NCBI GenBank assembly: GCA_964106915.2
Contig: OZ066917.1
DNA: 64,000 bases
Direction: 5' to 3' (one strand)
Origin: Podarcis gaigeae
Taxonomy: Eukaryota
In this document: positions 57,151 through 64,000 of the stretch, piece by piece
How positions within the stretch are numbered: the stretch's first letter is position 1
Layout of the letters: each line of letters begins with the position of its first letter
The notes under the pieces: generated by a model
Seen by the model: the letters and a program-made list of their open reading frames with translations, nothing else
Databases searched by the model: none
What the model was told of the DNA's origin: nothing
Program-made: the position numbers and the translations under genes

Positions 57151-60100
57151 CTTCATCCTAACTATTAGCGGGTGAGGTTTTTTCCCCAGGTTGGAGAGTT
57201 GCACTCTGGTTGTGCCTAAAAATAGAGAGATGCTGTGACTTTCTCCCACGAGGTTGTGTGATTCGCCTGTCTGATGTGCCCCCAGCCTCATGACGAGTCC
57301 TTGATATGTGGTGCAAGAACAGAAACATCTGTTTCTGTTGTCTTTCTCTGTGTCAACGTTTTTTTTTGTTTTGGTTTTTTGTACGCTCTTGTTCTGTTTC
57401 TTCTGTCTCCTTTCGTTAGTAAGGTACACACATGCCTTTGAGTACAGGGAGTGGTGTTTAAACTGTGGCTCCTGTCAGATTGCAGAGTATAGGTAGACAA
57501 ACCTTTTCAGTACAGAGTTGTAGGAAATATGTGTGCTGTTAGCTTGTAAAAGTGAACTGCTGTTTATTTTATACTCAAGAACATCTTGAGGATAGAAAAA
57601 GCAAATTCACCCTTTAGTTCCCATTGCCCTGTATACAGATTCTTGGTTTGATCTTTGCAAGAAGTAATCCTAATAAAACCCACACAAGAGTAGATCTCAT
57701 TACAGCTCCTATCTCACTTCTGAATTGTTTTTGAATTTTGTTACCTATTGCACCTATTGGTACTTGGTGTTTGATTCCAGAATGCTGTTCATTCGGTCAT
57801 GTAGTTCACATGTATTGTAACTGCTAATTTTTCACACTGGGAGTCAGATTGTAGATTGCAATGGAAGGGAGCCTTAGTTTTATGCTGTCTCATCATCCCA
57901 CTTCCTTTATTTCCTCAGAAGTCCACAAAGGGAGGTGAAAACAAATGAAAACTGTAGTAACTTGCAGCTGTAAAGGCACACACTGTTTGTTATTGTTTGA
58001 TATATACCTCCTCCTCTATCAGCTGCAAAAATGTTGCAGCTGTCTTTATATAATAGACATTTCCTGTTGCTTTTTTAAAAAAAATTATTTTTTTGGCAAG
58101 CAGTAGCCTCTGAAAATTTTGCTCCTGAGTTTAACATCGTTACTTTAAATATTAATTTTAAAATATTGCACTAACAATAGATGCTATTTCACCTTCAAGG
58201 GGCTAATATTTTTGCTAGTAGTGGATGATAGACACTTGTTGTATGCATTTGTGTTATTTTGGGATGAATTAAAGGTTGAGATCCTTTGGGATACAAACGA
58301 AACGTTACTCATGCATACCACTCCAGTTACAAGATAGAGTAGAAGAAGTTGAGTTTTTAGTTGCCTTTGAGAATCAAGTTGTTTGCTTGATCCAAAGAAC
58401 ACCGAATACAGTAGAGAACTGTACACCCACTGCTGTTTCCACATTTTGAGACCTCCAGCCCACTGTAACCTAACTTGGAAATAATTAGAACTGTCAAAGG
58501 AAGAAAAGGAATGTGCATCTGGCATCAGTCATACACAGACAACTTCTATTGATTGAAGTTGGTTTTATTTCTGATCAAGTAAGTTCAGGATTGTAGCCAA
58601 AGAGTAAAGTTTACACAAAAGCCAGTTAATGGATTCTATAGTTCTCTACCCCACTCCCACCCCACAGCAGCTGCCTTCTGCGCCCATACTGTGCAGATCC
58701 GGACATAGTCATATGTTCCTGTTCTCATTTTTGTTAGTGGATTAGAACAGAATGTTCTTGGGGATAGGGGTGGGGGGTTGGAAAGGCTGATATAACCCCA
58801 GATTTATTAATGATATTTCTCAATTGGATCTACATTTCTACCCATTTCAATAGACACAACTGTATTTTAAACTGATTGCATATCTGCAACAATTTGGGCA
58901 CCAACCTCCCTGGGGTTTTATTGGGTTTTTTTGCCTGTGGAACCATGCAGTATTGATTCATTATCACAAAGCTTCTAATAGTATGTGAAAAGGTAGAGGA
59001 ACACACAGACTGTAGTTCATATATAAGAATATAACTTCAAAACACTTGTTGTAAATCATATAGCAAGAAGTATTTTAAAATCTAGGTTGGGATGCAGGTA
59101 AAGCTAGCCAGGCCTTAAAGGCACTAATAATTGTCTCCTGTTTCCCTAGAAACTGTCTGTTGTTTGTTGCTTGCTGCTGTACCAATATGGGCACTTGTTA
59201 CTCTTTCAAGTGGTTCTGTGTTAAGTTTTTGAGATGTCATTCTGAGATGTCATTTGCATAAAATGTTATCTATAAATTATTCCACCAAACATTGTTCCTC
59301 TGCATTGTGCTAATCACCTTTCAGGAGAGCGAATAGTGGCCCTGATCCAGTGCACAGAAATACATTTTTCCTTTGCAAACCTCTTCCTGTGGTTTATGAT
59401 GTAAAGAAAAGCTTATCTTTGAACATGCCGGTTTTGGTTCTTGCATTGTTGCTTGATGTTATCTGTACAGAAGTGGTAGATTTTAAAAAATATTTCTCAG
59501 ACCTAGGTAAAGAATATGGTTTGAACTAGCCGTACATAAAATCTTCATTAGTTTTTGACACTTGCAAAAATGCACAGTCCTTGCCCTAAGTCCTTTTTAA
59601 AAAATGAGAGATAAGAAGGAATGTCATTATGGGGAAAAGTTGTCACCCCTTACATTGTAATGATCCTTCTAGTAGTGCAGATGGAAGCAGGTCAGATTTG
59701 AGGTATGCAGACTTGTAAAAGTTGGATGAACACTGAATACTATTGTAATTCAAGCCTCAAATGTTCTCCAGGTTAGATGAGTCCTAAAGGTTGTAGCAGT
59801 TCAGGCAGCTAGAGCACAAAGCTAGACCTGGCACCAGTAGTCAGCAAGGTCAGGTACTGGCCAAGGGCTCTAGGTGCTCAGAAGACTTCCTTACCAGCCT
59901 GTGCAAGTCATGTCATCACTCCTTTCGCCACTGGGCCCCTACATAACTGTTTCAGTGGCCAGCAGCTATGAATGAGAGTGAAGCTTGGGTTCCATCTGTG
60001 GTTGGCTGCCCACTATCATAATGTATCTCAAATGCAATGCCCTGCATTTGAGGTACATTATAATCTTTAAAACCCTATCTATAGACCTATAGAGGGGACA

Positions 60101-60654
60101 GACAGCAGGCATCAGCAGGACATGCAGATGGCCCCCTGAATCCTTGTGCTAGCCCTGATGAAAGCAGTGCTTATGGAACTGAACGGCAAGGCTGGTCTCT
60201 GTTGGTTGGATGATTTTGTAGAGTATTTGAGGGTAGCATTCTACAGTCAGTAGGTAACGTTACCCAGTTTGGGTAATAATGACTCCTATTACTTAGTACT
60301 CAACATAAAGTTAAGCTCCAGCTTTGGTAATATAGAAACTGCCATTTTTTGTTCTTTGTTTTGCTTGAGTTCTCAACCTAACAAGGAACCTGTCTGTTTC
60401 ACTTAAAGCTGGAGGCAGAGCTGCTAGATGTTATATTATTAAAAATGGGGGATCAGCTACCGTCTGTTTCATAGGTGTAATTTGAAGCCTGCATAGCACC
60501 TGGTAGAGACTAATCCCTTTAAGCCTGCTATCTCCTCTTACACTCCATCATATGACTTTGACTAAAAATGCAGACTTTGTAGCTTCAACTTCAAACTGGT
60601 TTCTTTTCTCTGTCACGCACACAGCCATACCACTTTGCTTAACATCCAAACATC

Positions 60655-60765
60655 CAGCCTGATGAATAGCTCTGAAAAACTTGAAAGCTTGCCCACTATT
60701 TTGTTAATAGCGTAGATTGCCTGACAGTTGATGTTAGATTTTTTCCTTATAGACCAACATGGAGT
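60655..60765 (+). mobile_element. Old Penelope-like terminal-repeat remnant with a degenerate hammerhead core
   Basis: CTGATGA-17nt-GAAAGCTT at 60659-60690, followed by agaccaacatgg, which resembles the agaccaacacgg end of the 14090 copy. Confidence 0.45.
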
Positions 60766-61583
60766 ATTGTGTTGTGTTGTGTTGTATTGTTTTTGGCTTT
60801 TTGTGAATTAGTAGTAGTTCATTGCTTAGTGTAATACCATCTTGGGCTTTCTCAGCAACATATTAGGTTCTTTTTATGCATCTTTTAAAAACATATTTGT
60901 GATAAGAAAGCTTTTCAGGTTTTTATTTTTCTGTGTAGAACATTACAGTCTTCTGTTTTTTGTTCTTAATTTTCTAAGTTATGCTTAAAATGCTCAGCTA
61001 TAGCATTAAGTAATTCATTGATACCACAGAATTTGGGTGTGGGTGTGTTAATTTATGTGGTAATCATATGAACTGCTATATATGATTTCATTATTCAACA
61101 TTTCTTTTTATCAGTTTGCTCTAAGACAAACAAAACTTTCTTTTTTAACCATTAGGAAATAAATGCTTTAAAAATGTGCTAGGAATATGAGGTGACAATT
61201 TTGTATGTTAGCTTTGCTGCTGATGGCAGGAGGAAGCACCCATTTCAGGAAAAGACTTTCAACTGCATTTAATAGATAGCTTATGTATTTTGAAATAAAT
61301 CTGTCAGTTGAAGTTACTGAGTGTTAAAATGTTTTCTCATTAGTACCTAGCATCTGAAGAAATCTTAGAGCTGTTTGAAATTTGCATGCAGGATACCTAT
61401 GTTTAGATGCCCTGGCTTAATTTTGGAGTACAGGTGATCTTTGAGAGACTATAGTAATACGTAATCTAGTTTGAAGTCTCTGCTGTTGTCTGGCCGGGTG
61501 GTCTTTCAATGTTTTGTCATCAGAACACTGTAAGATTTTGGTAAGTTTACAGTGCAGGATTACTGTCATTATGTGGCTGTAAC

Positions 61584-61720
61584 CATGCTATTTTTCTGGA
61601 AAAAGAGGTCCTGGAGCTCACTGTGAACTTCTCCCTTGTTCTCTTAGAATGGAAATGGTGTCTACCTGAGAGGTACTGGAGCTGAGCTCTGGTGACCTCT
61701 GCCTGAAAAAAAACACCTTG
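61584..61720. mobile_element. hAT-type MITE (137 bp), same family as 55907-56039, opposite orientation
   Basis: Perfect 8-bp TSD gctgtaac (61576-61583 and 61721-61728); internal similarity to the reverse complement of the 55907 copy. Confidence 0.78.
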
Positions 61721-62049
61721 GCTGTAACTCTGATAATGTGCCTCTTTCTGCATTAGATTTATCTTTCATTTCCTTCACCATTGCCACTCCAATCTTCAGT
61801 GAGGCTAACAAGTTTAGGGGGAGGTTTTTGTCAATTTTATGGAAACATGGCTGGCTTTTCTTTTTCTTTTTAAAAAAAGTGCAATGGTGCTGTGATAAGA
61901 AATAAAAATCAAGGTTTTTCTCTTGACCTTGCCAATTTCACTGGAAAACAGAAGGGCAAGGAGATGGGGGAAGGAAATGGAAGTTTTGGAGATATCCACA
62001 TTCACAGAAAAAGAGATGAACCAAGAAAGGAAACATCTGCTAATAATGT

Positions 62050-62237
62050 ACAAAGACATACTTTTCTGACGTTCAATGCCTGACATTCAGTGCCCTTAAA
62101 AAAAATTGGGTTGTGTGTGATTGGGTTCTTCTTGATTTTATTTTGATTATGTATTCTGTATTTTTATGTTGTGAGTTTATCCTGTGAACTTCCCTGAGAC
62201 CTGCGGATATAGGGCGGTATACTAAATAAATAAATAA
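62050..62237 (+). mobile_element. LINE (L2-like) 3' end with (TAAA)n tail
   Basis: tgtgaacttccctgagacctgcggatatagggcggtatactaaataaataaataa. Confidence 0.6.
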
Positions 62238-64000
62238 AGTTAAGGAAGGTGAGGTTAGCTGTAAAAAAAGGCCATTCCCAAATGTGTACAAGTCTATGGA
62301 AAAATTGATGGGTGAAGGAATTGTGCTTCACATAGAATCCATCTGTTTGTGGGTGATGTACAGTTCAGGAAAGGTGAAATTAGATTATGTATCTACTTCC
62401 TGTATGTCTATTTACAAATCTGATACAAGCATATTTTAAAACTGAATTCCTGTTTTTCACATAGGCATAACACCCACAGGAAATAGGCTTTATATTGCTT
62501 TGAATACCACTATGAAAGTGGTTTTAATTTTCTCAAGTTGCTATCTCAAAGCACTATGGAAGAAGCAATATTGAACTAAAAGTCCAAATGTCTACCATGA
62601 GGTTACATCACACCTACAAGTTTAGGACGTGATTAATCTCATGCAGCAATGAGTTAATAGCTAGTAGTTATAATTTGAAATGCAAAATTACTACAGACCA
62701 TTTTTAGCCAGACAGTATTCAGATCTGAATGCTGGAGAAAATGCACATCGCAAATACATTATTTTATTATCGCCCACAGTACATGTCTCAGAATTTCATC
62801 TGAAGCATCGGAAGGTAGTGTTTTAGATGGAGTGCTAACCTAATTTGATCTGATGGAACCTCTCCAGGAAACCTGAACTATGAATTTTTGTAAAGCTGTA
62901 TACCTGTGGAACAAGTCTGTCACCTGCATCAACTTGATACTATCAGGTTTATGCTTGTTGGAACTTAATGAGATGCTGATACGAAATTGCTGCTCAATAG
63001 GTGGCTACTGTTGTTGTAGCAACATCACTTTCTTTTATGGCCAATCATGTGTGACCTGACTTTAAAGGGCCTGCAAGTAAGTAGTGTATCTGCTGTTGTC
63101 ATACTATAATCCAGGAATATAGCCTTGGAAGGACATGTGCATAATTCCTACCCAAATTTTGTGTTTGCAGTGTTATGAAACATCTGCTGAAACTATTCTA
63201 GCAAAGACATTAATAATTTTTAAAATCTTTATATAGGGAACAAGAAGTAAAAATAATGGATCATATCCAACCAGGTTTTCTTTGGAGGAGCAATTGGAAT
63301 TGCTATGTTCATCAGTTTCAAAGGCTTTATTATGAGGAGGACTAATATTGGCTATAACCCTATGTTTGAAATACTGGGTTGCAAATTGATGCTAGATTCT
63401 CAGAATAGTTATTGCCGTGATGGGATGTTTGCTGGTATTTTCCTTATTCCAAACTGTACAGTGTTGTCATGGAAAAATGTTCCTATACCATTATTTTCTG
63501 TGGGGATACAGCATGTTGTATAGTGAATAACTATTCACTTAATACAGTGGAGAGAGATGCCTTTTCCAACATTTGATATTGTTTTATAGTCCAACACCTA
63601 GTCCAACATCTTGATAATATTGTGAAATATGGATGCAGGGGCTGATTTTGCTTTGTGATCTTGCTGAACAAAGGGAAGGACCATTGCCAAATAGTAGACC
63701 TCAAATCCTTGATGCCCCAGATTATCAGTTTCCCAGTAGCATGACAGATAAAGATCCTTGTCTAAGACCTTGGAGTTTTGACTTTCTTTCAGAATTAAAC
63801 AATGCTGTACTAGATGGCCTAGGCTGATTCTGGGTAAGGCAGCTTTCTGTATTCATACTCCATGACCCAGATTACCTGTCACACTAAGCCAAATGGGCAA
63901 TCGTATGAAGATCACAGCCACTGCACCACTTCTTTGTCCTTCTGTGCTGTGCTACCCAAGGGCTAAATGATAGTTTGGCTTAGCATTGCATTTGAACCTG

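Noticed and set aside
56306-57429. 357-aa and 177-aa minus-strand ORFs as a hidden gene or RBBP7
   Set aside because: They are antisense shadows of the REPS2 CpG island and exon 1, low-complexity, with no WD40 or RBBP7 peptides.

Overview
This is vertebrate genomic DNA, not prokaryotic. The Sauria SINE, CR1/L2 and Penelope repeat content points to a squamate, probably a lacertid lizard (inference). The window carries the gene block known from human Xp22.2: CTPS2 (minus strand, 5' half, runs off the left edge), SYAP1 (plus, complete, 9 coding exons, 361 aa), TXLNG (plus, complete, 10 coding exons, 539 aa) and REPS2 coding exon 1 (plus, continues past the right edge). All exon boundaries were read from GT/AG signals and are phase-consistent. 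Most listed ORFs are incidental. The most notable observations are three. (1) RBBP7, which lies between TXLNG and REPS2 in human, is not detectable in the short, gap-free interval here. (2) TXLNG has a second CpG-island promoter with an in-frame 4-codon alternative first exon (MAEQ). (3) Penelope-like terminal-repeat insertions carry minimal hammerhead-ribozyme cores, including a young TSD-flanked 78-bp inverted repeat. Several MITEs with TIRs and TSDs are also resolved. I found no convincing evidence for a wholly new multi-gene system. Homology statements rest on recalled protein sequences, not on database searches.
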